From Catajapyx aquilonaris (taxonomy: Eukaryota): DNA of 64,000 bases. A program made the translations under genes and the position numbers. Positions 50,301 through 64,000 of this stretch are shown piece by piece; within the stretch, counting starts at the first letter, position 1, and each line of letters opens with the position of its first letter. The notes beneath the pieces were generated by a model. That model made no database searches. It had not been told where the DNA came from and worked only from the letters and a program-made list of their open reading frames with translations. Location: NCBI GenBank assembly GCA_000934665.2, contig JYFJ02000329.1, positions 1-64,000 of the forward strand, read 5' to 3'.

Positions 50301-53300
50301 CCTAACAAATATGAAAAGGAGAAGTACGCCGCGGCCCAATTATCCAAGGTGATATATTTCCAACACTAGTATGAAAATAGTCTACAAATTAATACCACAG
50401 TTAAAAATTACTATCTTTTGCAAATCATTTAAGCCTTTTACTGAAGATCGCAGGTTTCCATTAGCATGCAAGACTTGGGCCCGGGCTTAATTAGGGTCTT
50501 GATCTTTAACTCAAAGAAGACGATGTCACACCTGACACCAAGGATCAGGAACCTCTCCGGCACTTGGCCCTAATGACAAAAACACGTCATACCCCTTTGA
50601 CGGACGGGGAAACCCAATCGAGGCGATTATCTCTGTGTCCGCTCGGCCTAATAGCTCATTAGCGTTAATGGTAGCTGGCCAATTACTCCGCATTCACCGC
50701 CGGACCACTGCGAAAAAGACGCGGCTTATCCCACCGTCTGGACCAGATTTTCATACCGCGTCGGTGTCGGTTATAAAAGCCATACCGATACGCGAATAAT
50801 AAAATTCTACCAGTAATCTTGCATGCTAACGATGGAAAAGTTGGCTATGTTTTATGATAGGCTTATAGCCTCAACTGTTGTCAAGTGACGCATGTGCAGA
50901 AGGGCAGTTGGATATAAAAGTGAGAAAAGGGCGTAGCATTTTTGTCACTCGTTTTAAGGACAAGGCAAATTGGCAGAGACATGAACATAAAACTGCCAGG
51001 AACAATGGTGAACAAGAGAATCTCGAAAATTTGACATCATGTAAAATATGGAATATGACATTCTTGGCATTGTGGAAATGTTCTTATATTAATAATGACT
51101 GACATGTTGGAGATAAGATCACTCGGCTTATACTGTAGTGGCTTATACGCTGATTAAATCTGTTGCGTTATTACAAGTACAGTATTGCAGTTATGTAGTA
51201 CTCTTGGCAGTGAATGCTGATTTCGAGAGTGATTACAAATTCATGCGCAATTCCAAGATGACGGCACTCCTTAATTCATTATTTAATATGCGCTATCACA
51301 CAGAATTTATCATCTATTGATAGCGCATAGGCACCGTCTGAACGATCGCAATATCTAGAATTCAGCAATCAATTCAAAGATATTGTCAGCAAAATTCCAT
51401 CGGGTTAAGAGGCGATAAAACTGTGATTCAATAATTAGAATTTCAGAGAAAATGTAATTCAAATCATAACAAATAACAAAAAATCAGACAGTAATATATT
51501 TTATTATATTGTTGTATCTCTTCTCATCATCACATAAACAATATGAAAGGTTTTCTCATTTGCATTGATACAGCGCAGCGACTTTAAAATAGCCTATAGA
51601 ACATCCTGAAGAGTCCCTCTCACGATTATTTATATAATAAATTATGATGTATTCTACTATCACATTAAAATCCATATGTACGCGACATTTTACGAGTAAA
51701 CTTATTTTAAAATGATCCTGCACTTTTCCCAGTGTCAGGTCACCCACGCGGCCACGCGAAAGCAACAATCACCCTCACTGTAAACTGTCAAGTGAGAACA
51801 AAATGCACCTCACTAGTGACAACATCATTCGGGGTACATAACTTGTAATTTAGGAGGATTACACGCAACATGCACCCTAATTATAAATCATTATAATCTT
51901 CCGGGTGGCTAGACTGAGGATTTTGTGGGGGATTCGGCTTTCACCCCCGCCTCCATGCAACTAATGAAGACGTGCAAAGTTCACCGAACCTAAATTATTG
52001 ACCACAACTCCCCGTGTTATAACAGTTGAGAAGGGATAATGATGCTAAACTTGGAACATTAAATTTATCCTCAATGCTTTGAAAAGTACATTTGATTCCA
52101 AAAAGGTGCTAGAACTCGGAACATCAAGTCAGTTATCTAACTCCTTGATGTTGTGCATTGCTCTGTACATGCCTACTACATTTTACAGAGTCGTCCAATT
52201 TGAGTACATGAACAGGACGGGCTACTCATAGCGCGAGATTTGTGCTGCTGATGTCCTCTGACAACTTTCGGGGACATGGCTATAGCAGGTCTGTTTGCAA
52301 ACAAATTTCACTTGAAATGGGACCGAAGAAGATCCCTTTTCCCACTCGTGGAAATTTGCCAAGAGACCCGGAATGGAGACGAGCTCGTCCGACAGCAAGA
52401 GGAAGCGGAAACTGTTGCTGTCTAGATGTCAAAGCGCGGTCTCCACCAACTTTTATTCCTCGCAAAAAAAAAAGTTGTTAGCTAGCGGCACTCACAAAAA
52501 TTAAAGCTTGTCCAAATCCATTTAAATCCTCGGCTAAATATAGCGATTAAGGCCTGTTTGCAGCAATTGGGGCAGTGCAGCAAAGATAATTCACTCAGCT
52601 GTAAATGTATTGAAAGCAACTACGGTCGACATTACAGTGGTCGATCTGTCAAGCTGCCATTTTTTGCAGTTTTAAAGCAGTTTATATTCAACATCATGGA
52701 ACGGCTTATCGAACTGCACTGTCTGTCCTGATAACAATGCAATGCTGTACAATAACCTGCTTCTGTATGAACCTTTCAGTACCGAGACTATACAGAAACT
52801 AATAAACTAATATACATAGGCCATCAATCGCAAAATACAAGTAGTTCTATGAGACTCAAAAAGTATGACAATTAAAAAAATTTGAAACGAGAGAGCAAAT
52901 GTCCTTTTTGACATTCCCGTCCTCTCCCGGGGTCTGCCCGGGGTTATTCGATCGCGGCGGGCGGCCGTAATCGAAATAAAAAGAAGGAATTATTCCATTT
53001 CAATGATAATAAAAGCAGGTAACGTGTCAGAATGCTGGGAATGTAGAACCCGTGACCTCTGATTCCAATAAGTGGGGGCATTTTTCGCATCCTGGGAACA
53101 ATAGACAGAGGCCAGAGGTCGAAGATGATGAAATATATTAGAAGCATATCTCCGCTGTCCCCACACCCTTCGAGAATGGCTCTAATAATATATAAAAACA
53201 TAGCCTACTGAGAGTAATAATAACAATAACAATAATGTGTTTTTTGGCCAAATGGATGATCATATTGGCGATGTAATAATTAATGCATCAATGTCCTTTG

Positions 53301-56300
53301 TATATGCACGATCGGCTTCATGAATCATCACCTTAAAAAGATGAACTTCCATCAATTAAATCGGGACGCATTTTGCGTGCAAAATTTCATTTCCAGGCTT
53401 CTGCAGTATCCATGGCCTTTGAAGTTTGGCAGGGTTCAATTTGCTCAATTTCATGCAAATCAAATAGTGAAAATTATTATACTGGCACTCTCGAAGTCAT
53501 TACTGCAGAGCCCACGCAGTCAGATTACAGTTTTAAGCCAATACTTAACATGTCAAATCATTTGCATTTAGGATTGAACATGTTTTGGAAAAGACGAATT
53601 ATTCGGCACATGCAGTTCCACAAATAAATGTAAATTCTCGTAATTAATGAACATTCCACAGTTAACGCGACTATCAACGCCGTCAATTACACCGCCTGTA
53701 ATAACCCTAGGCATATTGACTATTTCATCCCCCGGAACTAATATCTCTCACGGTGAACGAATTCCCCCATTGGCAGGTTACTGGCCTCTGGCTCTCACCT
53801 GGAGGGTACATGTAATTCTCATGCCTGAACTTAATTATTTCTCCCTTGGAAGGTACTGCACAGTATACGTGTGTCTAATGTTCATGCATATTTAATCTTC
53901 ACACTAGAGCTGTTGCGCAAAGCATTGGGACAATTTCGCAATGTCCACAGCAGAAAATCCAATCCACTCTAGTTTGCATTGCATTCATATCAACCTCAAG
54001 AAAAGTATAGGATTGGCTTGACCCTGGTTGCTGATGGATAATGTTCCAAGACGCGACAAGAACAAAGCAATTTTTTAGCGTGTCTGACGACTGAGACAAG
54101 TATAAAGATGACTCGGACTCGAGACGTGCCACTATACGAGATCAACCTCACTCTATCACGTCGTTGTGTTTCCTTCTCTCTTTTTTGTCTATTTCCAAGG
54201 AAGCTCCTCAAGCACCCTCTTATATGCGACCCCAAGAGCATCCGGAAGGTTTCGTGGTAAAATATGGTCTCAAAGGTACCCGAAAACAAATGGGAAACTG
54301 GAGATACGAAACGATTTTTTTTACAATGCTCGTACAGATGGTACGTAACAGCCATCAACTTCTGGTAGATGTCGTTGTTTGCCTAACCCACTTGCCACAC
54401 CACAACCCGCCGGGAACAAATTTGCTCTTCGGACATGATGACATCCGGAGAACCCGTGGACCGACCGTTTCCCAACACGTGAATCGCATTTTCAGGCCTC
54501 CCCGGTACAAGGAAAAGGGTTCGTGTTGACTGAAAACGCTCTCGGGGACCCCCCTGTTTGACTTCGTAATTAGTCGACCGGAAGGTTATGGTGCTTTAAA
54601 AGGAGCGTTTATTGGCGTCTGGTTCTGCTGGGTACTCCGCATTGGTCCGAAAGCAATTGCATAATACGGCATTATGTGACTCCTTTCTGTCTGTTGTTTG
54701 TCCGAGCTGACAGTACCACTACTCGTCGCACGACCCTTAGTGGCAGTAGTGTGCAGAGAGGGAGAATGCGCCATCTTTGTGCAGAATATGGTACTATGTG
54801 GATAGTTTCGCCAAGGAGTCCACTAGTTAATATTAACCGCACATATGAATAGTATTTAACATAAAACCTCCCACAACTCGCATGTAAATTGATTTTAGAA
54901 CGAGGCAAAATATGTCAAAAGCATTTCTTCCCAAGAGTCGACTTCCTTCTAGCTATTTCCTCGAATGGAATCTCCGCCTCCTTTTTCCGCAAAACCTGTA
55001 ACTAGGTTACCGTCTGAGCAAATGAGCTTCGCAGAACGTATCCACTAAGCAACCGTAAAAATGTAGAACTCAACTTTCCGATTTTTTTTCCTCTCCTTTT
55101 TGCTGGCTTCCCACTCAACACCCACCACGCACCATACGTCTCAAGATGGCTTCATTAGATCACAACTTTCTCGAAAAATTGATTTAAAAAAAAGAAGCAG
55201 GAGACATAAAAATCTATTTTCTCACCAACTCTCCTTGCTTGAACCTTAAGAAGAGAGACATGAAGTGTTTCAGCTCCAAAGGAGGTTCCATTTGGTGAAT
55301 TAGTTCCCTCAAGTCTCTACGGTACAAAATTCAATTTAGGGTCTTCTTTCCCCGAGGAAATGTTTTGCTGAATTTCACTCGAGTACATTTTTAAAAAAAA
55401 CTTCCCTTTTTAGCTTTCAGCTGCGAGTTAAAATGGATGAAATAATTCTATGCGACTATTATTCCACTAATCATATCTTCATCACCATAATTCTATTGCT
55501 AATATTTCTCGGGGAATTTTAATACGTACGCTCAAATTGTACCGACTTTTGGAATGCGGCAATATAAGCTTACTATAGAATTAGTTTAATTTAATACGCG
55601 GATATGGAATTCCTGCGATATCAATGAAATTACTGAAACCACCTGGATCATCAGCTATGCAGACCCCGATTGATTATTATCTCTTTTGTTTCAATGCGGA
55701 TGAGGTCACATTCGACATGATTCACATATGATATTTGTACTGGAGAGCTTCTGCTAGTAAAAGTAGCACCAAACAAGTTTCCAACTGTAATCAAATATAC
55801 ATGCTCGTAATTGAAGGATGTACCCTTAAGTAGCGAGCCAAGGTACACATCGTGAAATTAATCCTTGCCCGTTGCACTCTCCTACCTGACGGATTCCCTT
55901 ACGCAGCAGCGCATCTAATTGCTAATTATTCACACACCTGCCCTCGCAGATGGGACTCGGTTTGCTCACTTACATCTGCCTCTTCAGTATACCAACGGCA
56001 GGCAGTGAATTCTAAATCGAGCTAACTGACCTTGATAAATCAATCCACCTGGCAGGTGAACGATGTGATGAGAGAGAGAGAAAAAAATGGTGCACTCACC
56101 GTTACACTGTGCCGCTACAACTTCCAGTCGATATGGGCTGTCTTCAGAGTTGGATTCGAGCCGAGGAGATATGTTGACCAGAGAGCCTTTGGTGGTGTAC
56201 ATTTTCAAAATGTCGTTTGGGCCCGCTTCGGCCGAGCCACGGAATAGCTCTGAAAGACAACATTGCAGGTCAGGACTAGGGCATCAAAGGGCAAGTTATC

Positions 56301-58252
56301 AAAGGTCGTGGTTTGAAAAGAGCTGTCTGACTCTGATTGACACTACAATCTTATCTAACTTTTATGTAACTGGTTTAAGCTGCATGTACTACTGGTAGGG
56401 GGGGGGGTCACTTCCTTATTGACATGTGCATTGGCACATTGTGAGCAATGTGTTGTGTTTGAATATTATTTTGTTGCCATGGGGATGTTTTTGCTGGCGT
56501 AGATGTGAGAGAAGCAGGCTGGAGAGGGTGTGGGTGGGTGCATAATAGTTAGGATATATGTGACAGGCTTGTTGAAATAGTTTATCTCATAATGAATCTG
56601 CACTACAAAATTGTTATTAAAATGGCATTTTGTGCTTATTACAGCGACGTGTTAATTTTCTTTTCGCTACTCGCATAAATAGGGAATGTCCTGAAAGTTG
56701 CACGTATTGTTGGGGGTAGCCTGGCTAGCATATCATCTACCCATTCACTCATAGGCTCCACGAGAATTGACATGCAAATTATGAAGTAGAGAAACTATTG
56801 CTAAAACACGTACGACAGTAATCGCCTTAACACTGCAACAGTACTGTACAGTTTCGAGAATTACTAGGCGCTTTTCCACCATCCCCCGTATGCAAAACTT
56901 AACCAGAAAGAATCCCGCATACTTCAACATAATTAATAATTAGCACGCTATTTGCATATCCGGTGTAATACACCCTTTTGCACTATAAACAAGCTGCATG
57001 ACACGTTCTCGGTATAAGGCAAGCCCATTTTCAATTGCATTTTAGGCATTCCCTTTGGCCTAAACTGTTCCAACGAGTATTAGCATGTCTGTCGAAAACC
57101 CCTTTAGCCACTGCCCTAGCTAATAATCCCTAGACAACAATTTTAATATGCGGATAACCACTTGAGCGTGCCACAACTCGGGGCTTTACACCACCTGCCG
57201 CTTCCCATGAAGAGAAAATCGCTATAAGCGGACCTCCACTGTGTATAGCCGCAGTCGAATAATGCAAGCTCTACTCATCGACTAACTCACTTTTTACCCC
57301 CTCTTCTTTAATATGCAAAGTACGGTACCGAGGCAAAAATAACCCAACCACTTTCTCAAAGATGCTTCTCAGGAGCAATTTACCCTCGCACCAACAGCTC
57401 TGACGAGTTAGTCCCTCATGTTTAATTTATTGACAAATGGTGGTGTCTCTGACCGTTACGGGGTCTCACTTGTGTCGTGGCAGCAAAAATTATGAAACAA
57501 CAAGTGAAGTTCACTACATTGCAAGACTATGTGACAAACAGTTCTCTTGGCTTCACAATGCAAGTTGTACACTATCTAGTGAAGATTCTCCCAAAAGCAT
57601 TTTACAAGGTCATGATGGTTACTACAGTAAGTTTCTGATTAGTTAGCCTACTAGCTTTAGCAGAGAAACCAATCCAATGTTAAATCCTGCAGTAATACCC
57701 AAGTTCCATTCAATTATATCTGCTGTGCTCAAAGAAGTGCTTTAATTTCTCTCAGGAAAACGATCCAGATTTTCCAGCCAATCAGCTTCTTCGCCGTGAC
57801 CCAAAAATGATCTGCGCCACGTTCACTCTTCAAACTCAATAAGCAACTATAAACCTATTCAGTATAAAGCAAATCACCATGAATTGTTGTCGAGAGACGG
57901 AACACAGACGCCTTAGCGTATTTAATATGCATCGTAACACCCAAATGACTCTGTGTTTCATAATGGACATAATACCAACCATGATCGCTGTCAAATGGGA
58001 TCAATTGAGGATGATCACTCTAATGTTTCTTAAATATGCAAAACAAGTCAACGTCTCCCACATGCCTTTTTTTCAAAAATAAGTAGGCAACATGTTTCCT
58101 ACCTTTGACCTGGTCAGCTGAGATGTCTGATGGAAACTCGGCCTTCTCCTTCCGGTTGCCGACCGTGAAGAAGATGACTTTGTACTGTCCTTGCGCCATA
58201 TGATCAGTTGCTGGAGACTCATCTTCTGGGCGGGACAACTGAGATGGTCTGC
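32374..58252 (-). CDS. PDE9A: High-affinity cGMP-specific phosphodiesterase 9 (799 aa unspliced or 807 aa with the spliced C-terminus, counted from Met 58199; may extend 5')
   Basis: Phase-consistent exons 58252-58103 (ATG at 58199, frame open to the acceptor), 56249-56100, 48723-48675, 43340-43213, 42025-41905, 38782-38545, 35567-35445, 35215-34952, 34733-34644, 33670-33509, then 33444-32467 (or 33444-32471 plus 32401-32374). PDE motifs: [104 protein letters not shown]. These resemble PDE9 as I recall it. A long low-complexity Ser/Arg/Pro-rich tail follows. Confidence 0.93.
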
Positions 58253-60798
58253 CTGCAAGATTTTTTTTTTTAAATGACTAACTTTATTTTTCTCTGATCT
58301 CGAACTTTATCTCCAACCCTCTCGATTGATCTAGGTCGACCAAGCCTGCCATCAAAAGGACTGAAATAATTTCCCTTTCCCCCCTTCCCTTTCAATTAAA
58401 ACGCCATCTCCACAGACAAAAGAATTAATTTCCTACCTTAACCGTGTAGGAGTTTGATATTTCATCCGCGTGACGTCATTTCTACGTACGTAGGTCAGCA
58501 AACTAAACACAAAATTATATGCCCTCAAAGGCTGTTAAAATGCGCCCTCATTCAAATAGCATCATCCGAACTTCAATTACTATTGAAACACTCGAAACAA
58601 TCCGCACAATGTCTAGGATTTTGTCGTAATAGAAAGTCAAATTTACTGTGGGATGAACCACCTCATAACAGTGCCACAGTCGAAAAGGCAATCTCCTTGC
58701 AACTGGAGATATATGGGAGGAGAGGGCGTTCTGTGGAAGTCAAGGTAGCGAATTCAACAGTACTCTTTGACGCACAGAATATTTCCTTATTGCCTCTCAA
58801 GGCTGATCTTTCATCAAACACAACTATTTTTTTTTACCCCCTCCCTTTCCATGGCTCTCGTTTTCTGCAGGGGTCTGTTGAAGCGAATCCTGGAATAATC
58901 AACCCAATACTAGGACCTTTTGTTCCCTCGTTTTCAAAAGAGTGGGTGGGTTCTCGATACTGAAAATTCGGCGCATGGAGGAAATGGCATTGGACAAAAA
59001 AACTCTAGAAAGTATCGATTGACACCAAACGTCAAGTGTTGGTTTAGAATCAGAGGGACATCTGTTAAAGTGTTGTCATTTTAAAGTCGTACATATCTCA
59101 AAACAATAGAATGTAACAATGTACCAATATCTTCCTCTTGGTATCATTGTCTCCATTGAATTGCTACAAAAGAACAGCAGATGTCCTTCTCTTCTGATAC
59201 AAATTATCATTACGTAATCTCTTGTCTAACCTTTTCCAAGGAGCACAAATAGTGTGATTGAACTTCGTTGCTATTGGTTCTACACAGTACGGTCCGTAAT
59301 GAGTCCTGCAAGTTACATAATTGCATTTGTGATGGTGGTAATGTGTAGGATCTATAATTTTTGTGTGTGCAGAATCAATCATTAATAGGTTTATTACAGA
59401 ACATCTATGAGCACTAAATACCTGCTTTTGAGGCACCCTGCATTTTACGTCTGCTCATACTGTAAAAGGCACGACCCATCGTCGTGATAAGCCCGGTAAT
59501 AAAACAGGCGCCATACAGTATAGCTGTACAGATTCTGCAAACTTTGATTCCCAACAACTTTCCTCAGTAAGTTACAAAACTCCAGTAACAACCCCGATTC
59601 ACATGCGTCAGACACAAGCAGAAAAATATACCTTTATAAATTCTAATTTACGAGTATGAACGAGTTTTTAACAATTTACCTCTGCATATGACCGGGACAG
59701 TCTGCTGGGAAAAACCAGGTATTGGATACTAAAGAGTCAACGTATTCTTGAATAATGTAGGTGACTGCCGACCGTGACATTTTCCTCAGCAGTTACATTA
59801 TTGCTGCTGTTGAACGACCCTTAAATGTCACTGCCCCCAAAGTTCTGGACACGTCCATGGAATATTCAACAGCGGGAATGTTCTTCGGGATAACTTGAGA
59901 CGAAGGTCAGAGGGCATATCACGCAAATCAAGACAAGGGTGACACCAACTACCAGGTACGCTCCATGTGACCAAAATCGAGGGAGGATGTCATCTGCCCC
60001 CCCAAAAAAGATGAAAGGAAAACAGACTCCCGCTACTTTAGATACCACCCCCCTAATAGCTTCCAAAAATACTCTGTATAAATAGCAGCCCCCTCCCCTT
60101 ACACCCCCAGAGGGGGTTTTTTATCGATTGCAGGCCACTCTACGTAGTGTCAAATGCCCCCTCCCCAAAGGCGTGGTTGCTGGACACAACCCTTTTAGCA
60201 ATCGATTTGAACGAGAAATCTTCCACCCATCTTTCCGCGGCCTCCACAAAAGAGGTAATTTCCCCACCCGGTTACTATCCGTCAATGTCTAGGCACAATG
60301 GCAGCAACACCCATTTTGGAAAAATCCAGTTGCCGTTTTGCCATTTGATCGAAACCTCCTTGTCGCCTCTAGTCCACATATACACACACACACACCTCGA
60401 GGCTACGCCACACACCGTCCAGTGACCTCGGCCCCTTGCATTATCAAAGGAGAGCACAAACACTGCTATCGCCCACTCTCTGGCTGGAGCTGCATCCGGC
60501 CAAAATGACTTGCGTTCATATTTGCAGGGGACGATGAACAACGGAGGGCTCCTTTTGAGAGGAAAATACCCCAAAATGTGACCGGTGTCCATATCTGAAC
60601 AATTGAGTGGACGGTGTGAATATAGGTGGCTAACAATCCAATTAATCGGATCATACTTTTGTTTGAGCTGGTCCGACCCCCAACAGACCGTGAAAATGAC
60701 ATGTCCATACGATTTAACAGAAGCCAACATGCCAATTCTTTGGAAAATTGTTGGCAAATTGAGAGTGAACAGTGCTAATTCGGTGAAAAAAAAAACAA

Positions 60799-60971
60799 TT
60801 CGCCCGATGCACACTCGTTCTATTTGCCGTACGTTATGTTTCATGAGTCGGTTCTACATATCGGGCCGAATGTGCATCGGGCGAATGTGCATTGGGCGAA
60901 TGTGCATTGGGCGAATGTGCATCGGACGAATGTGCATTGGGCGAATGTGCATTGGACAAACATGCGACGGA
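60799..60971. repeat. 15-bp minisatellite (CGAATGTGCATYGGR)x6 plus one inverted unit; probably part of a foldback/MITE
   Basis: Six tandem units at 60867-60956, a degenerate seventh to 60971, and an inverted copy TTCGCCCGATGCACACTCG at 60799-60817. This explains the GRMCI repeats in the ORF track. Confidence 0.85.
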
Positions 60972-63900
60972 ACCATCCTGAGGATTACTTGCCCAATGTT
61001 AGGAGATTTTCAAGTCCTTTCCCTCTAAAAGCCTAGAAAGTTGTGGGTTGGTAAAAGGCGTGATCCGAGTTGATCCCGACGGATTTCGTAGGGTTTGTGT
61101 AACAAATTTAGAATCTCTCAAGCATAATGGTTTTTTGTCCTAAAAGTTTAGTTTCAAGATCCCGGTAACACCATCTGACGCTTTACTGGGGGTGCCAAAT
61201 AGTACGGTACGGCAATGACCATAAATCAAACTTCGCATTTTGGCTGTCAACATACGGAATTATTTTCTAACGAAAAGTGTCAAAATATGTCTTAAGGCCT
61301 TTGAGTGATTTACAATACGAACGAAAACTGATGCAACAATCACAAATGCTGCACATATTGCAGGTCCCCTGTGTAGACCTGCGTGACACAAATTTAATCT
61401 TGTCGTGTCATTTTTCGTTGTCTTTATTTCCCGTTCAAAAGTCCGCATTTTCCATGAGCTCAACAGACGTCATCAACAACCCCCTTGCTTTGTTGCTCTA
61501 ATCCAGCCACTAACAAAAGGTTAGGTATATAACTATTAATAAAGACCTCACAAAAGCCGGTGTTAAACCATGCCATGTACGGGCGCCTAACTGAACATAA
61601 TTTCCTTCTGGGAAACACAGCCCTCTCTATTTCCATGTAGTACACACTCACTGCTCTAACAATCGGGTTTGAAACACACCAATTACATGACACATTAATT
61701 ACACCCGCACATCGCACACATTTCCTCCAGTAGAAATTTCGGCTGCATCCACGTCATACACGACGCCATCAAATTAGCATTTTTAACACGCGGCAGTCCC
61801 GAAACGACAATATGTCCTATTTGAAAGCTACATGCTAAGTAAAGGGCGGGGCACATCTTGCCCATTAATGCTAATTGCGCCGCAAAAAGGCTATATATGC
61901 CCCAGACGTCCATAACACACTCCCCGGTTTTTTTTTGTGTGTGTAAAAACTCTATGAAATATGATCCATGACATGACCAGACAAACCTTAGCGCCATCTT
62001 ATTTTAAGCTCGGTTTTCCCTCCTGGCTTTTTCCAAATGGGGAGCTTCCAGCACTGAAAATTATACCTCATTACCGGTCCGACGAAGTTGTTTGCGAAAT
62101 GTCCCCAAATAACGCTGATGCAATGTCCTATTTTCTCTGCGTAAAAAAGTGTACCGGAGCCGGGGTTGTTATTCGTCGGAGAGTAATACAGGCTACAGGC
62201 GACTATAGTCGAATCTTCTCAATTAGTATTGCCTTCGAGGAAAATATAGATCGCTTTTTGAGAGCAGGGGCGAAAGTGTTCGATATTTTTTTGTGAGTTG
62301 AATCAACAAGGCCGCTAATTAGAGCCAGATTTTTCGTGCCGAACAGAAATAATAATCATAAATAGGCCTAATTGTTAAAACTACCATGAATTATACATAT
62401 ATCGGGTAAACTTAATTTCAGCTCATATTTATTTCATTGCGTCCTTTCTATCAGCAACCCTTTGTTATACTGTAGAGCACAGCTATCCAAATACTTTTGT
62501 ACTCTAATAATGAACAAGAGAATCGATTTTTGAAACATTAATAATTCTTTTCTTACTAACAGTAATATTGTCCTCTACTCAAGCACATGCTAATACGTAA
62601 TATTAAATGCTAACTCAGGCTTGCTGTGTACAGAACTCCCAGCCTATTATGAAGCAGTTCTAAATATTGCAAAGGCAAACCTAAACAAGAATAAATTCCA
62701 ACATCAAAATCAATTACATTGTGTAATTGACCTCAAACCATCACAAATGCACTGCACAGTCAACTATATCGCTTTCAACAACAAAGGCACAGGTATAGAC
62801 GTATAATTGGTTCTCTAACTGGTAGGATATATACCAGTGGTTGTTATAACAGTTGGAAACGCTATACCCACAGAGCAAGGCAAATGGGCGCACAGCGTTA
62901 TGACGCAAGAGATACGGAGCAGAGATTTATGGCCTTTCTGACTTGCTTTGATGTGAGCTGCTGCTGCGGTAAGGCAGGTCAGCAAAAGAGGAGTCGGCTA
63001 ACTGCATCAAAACTGTAGCATACCTAGCAGAACTATATAAAAAAATAAAAGCACTGCTTGTGTTTGGATTACGCGATTAATAATTCTCATACAGCATGAT
63101 GATATAGTGGAAAACAATTTTTTTGCATGTCTATACCGCAGTTATTATATTTCTCACTTCTCTGCTTCAAAAAGGAGATGTTGAAAATGTTATTCGTAAC
63201 TCTCTCGCATAAATGACTGCAGTGAAACCGATTGTGGTGTAAGTGAGAAAATGTCCTGATGACACATCACTATTATAACAACTTCAGCGATTTATTCAAT
63301 TAAGCTGTTAAAGTTAATTTTAAAATAAAGCTGAACTGCAACCATATTATTGCTATGCTCTCGAACAGTCGCAACCTAATTTATTAGAATATAACCTCTT
63401 TTTTAAGCCAACTGACTCCTACGTCTAAAGGCACATTAGAGGCACGTGTGCTATACGCTATTGTTATGGTGGCGCCCGCATTGGGCATTAAAAGGCCAGG
63501 CGACGAACATGACATACCACTTTTCAGAGACGATGTGTGTAGGGCTATGGGTCAAAGATACGTGACGTCACTCAGAATCACATTAGTCACCGACTGGCAA
63601 CGCTCTACATTCCACAAAAAAGCTACGATACAACGCTTATCAAAAAGGCTGGTAGGATATCCGGAATGTAAATGATCAGTGTACGGAACTCGACTAAAGT
63701 AAAGATTCCTTTTAATACTCTCACTATTTACAAATCTTTCATAGTGAAATCCCACTCAGTCTAAAGAGTCTACTTCAGGTCCTCAAGAATATTGGAATAA
63801 AAGTATTCTCTCATACTTCAGTCTGTACAAGTGAAAACTGAAATGTAGATTGTACAGTATAATCTGGCAAAGTGATTCTATATTACATTTTCCTAGTACT

Positions 63901-64000
63901 GTACACTGTACAGTATCTCTTCTATCTTAACTTTCCCAAAGTTCGAGTGCAATATATAGCATGTTATAGGGCTTTGCGTCTCCACAAAAAAGATCAAGTA

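Noticed and set aside
38095..50495. Inverted match CCTAATTAAAGCCCGGGC (38095) / GCCCGGGCTTAATTAGG (50479) flanking PDE9 exons
   Set aside because: A 17-nt match with an indel across about 26 kb of intron, partly palindromic, is plausible by chance.
60104..60123. Hairpin plus T-run resembling a rho-independent terminator
   Set aside because: Eukaryotic non-coding DNA with no associated gene.
60585..61028. ORF with (GRMCI)n repeats; the regular repeats might suggest a CRISPR array
   Set aside because: It is the translation of a 15-bp tandem repeat with no unique spacers, in a eukaryotic context.

Overview
Eukaryotic, intron-containing genomic DNA, most likely an arthropod (inferred from protein style, Helitron-like repeats and many 55-80 nt introns). 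The ORF track mostly shows exon fragments, so I traced splice sites by hand. The window holds six protein-coding genes. On the + strand: a 5'-partial ACAP/centaurin-beta (1515-5111), OST48/DDOST (6302-9703) and sterol O-acyltransferase SOAT1/ACAT (10073-13005). On the - strand: two tandem full-length ABCB1/P-glycoprotein paralogs (13616-18915 and 23127-28532) and a cGMP phosphodiesterase PDE9 spread over about 26 kb (32374-58252, possibly 5'-partial). Small non-autonomous elements lie in introns and intergenic DNA. The most interesting observation is a cryptic 69-nt terminal intron overlapping the PDE9 stop codon; splicing it would add RTNHCCVS*, a CaaX/CCaX lipidation motif. Also notable are two GC-AG introns in adjacent genes, an in-phase OST48-to-SOAT read-through splice option, and a 516-bp TIR-bounded element built from two inward-facing tRNA-like heads. 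All models are manual and unverified by transcripts or database searches.
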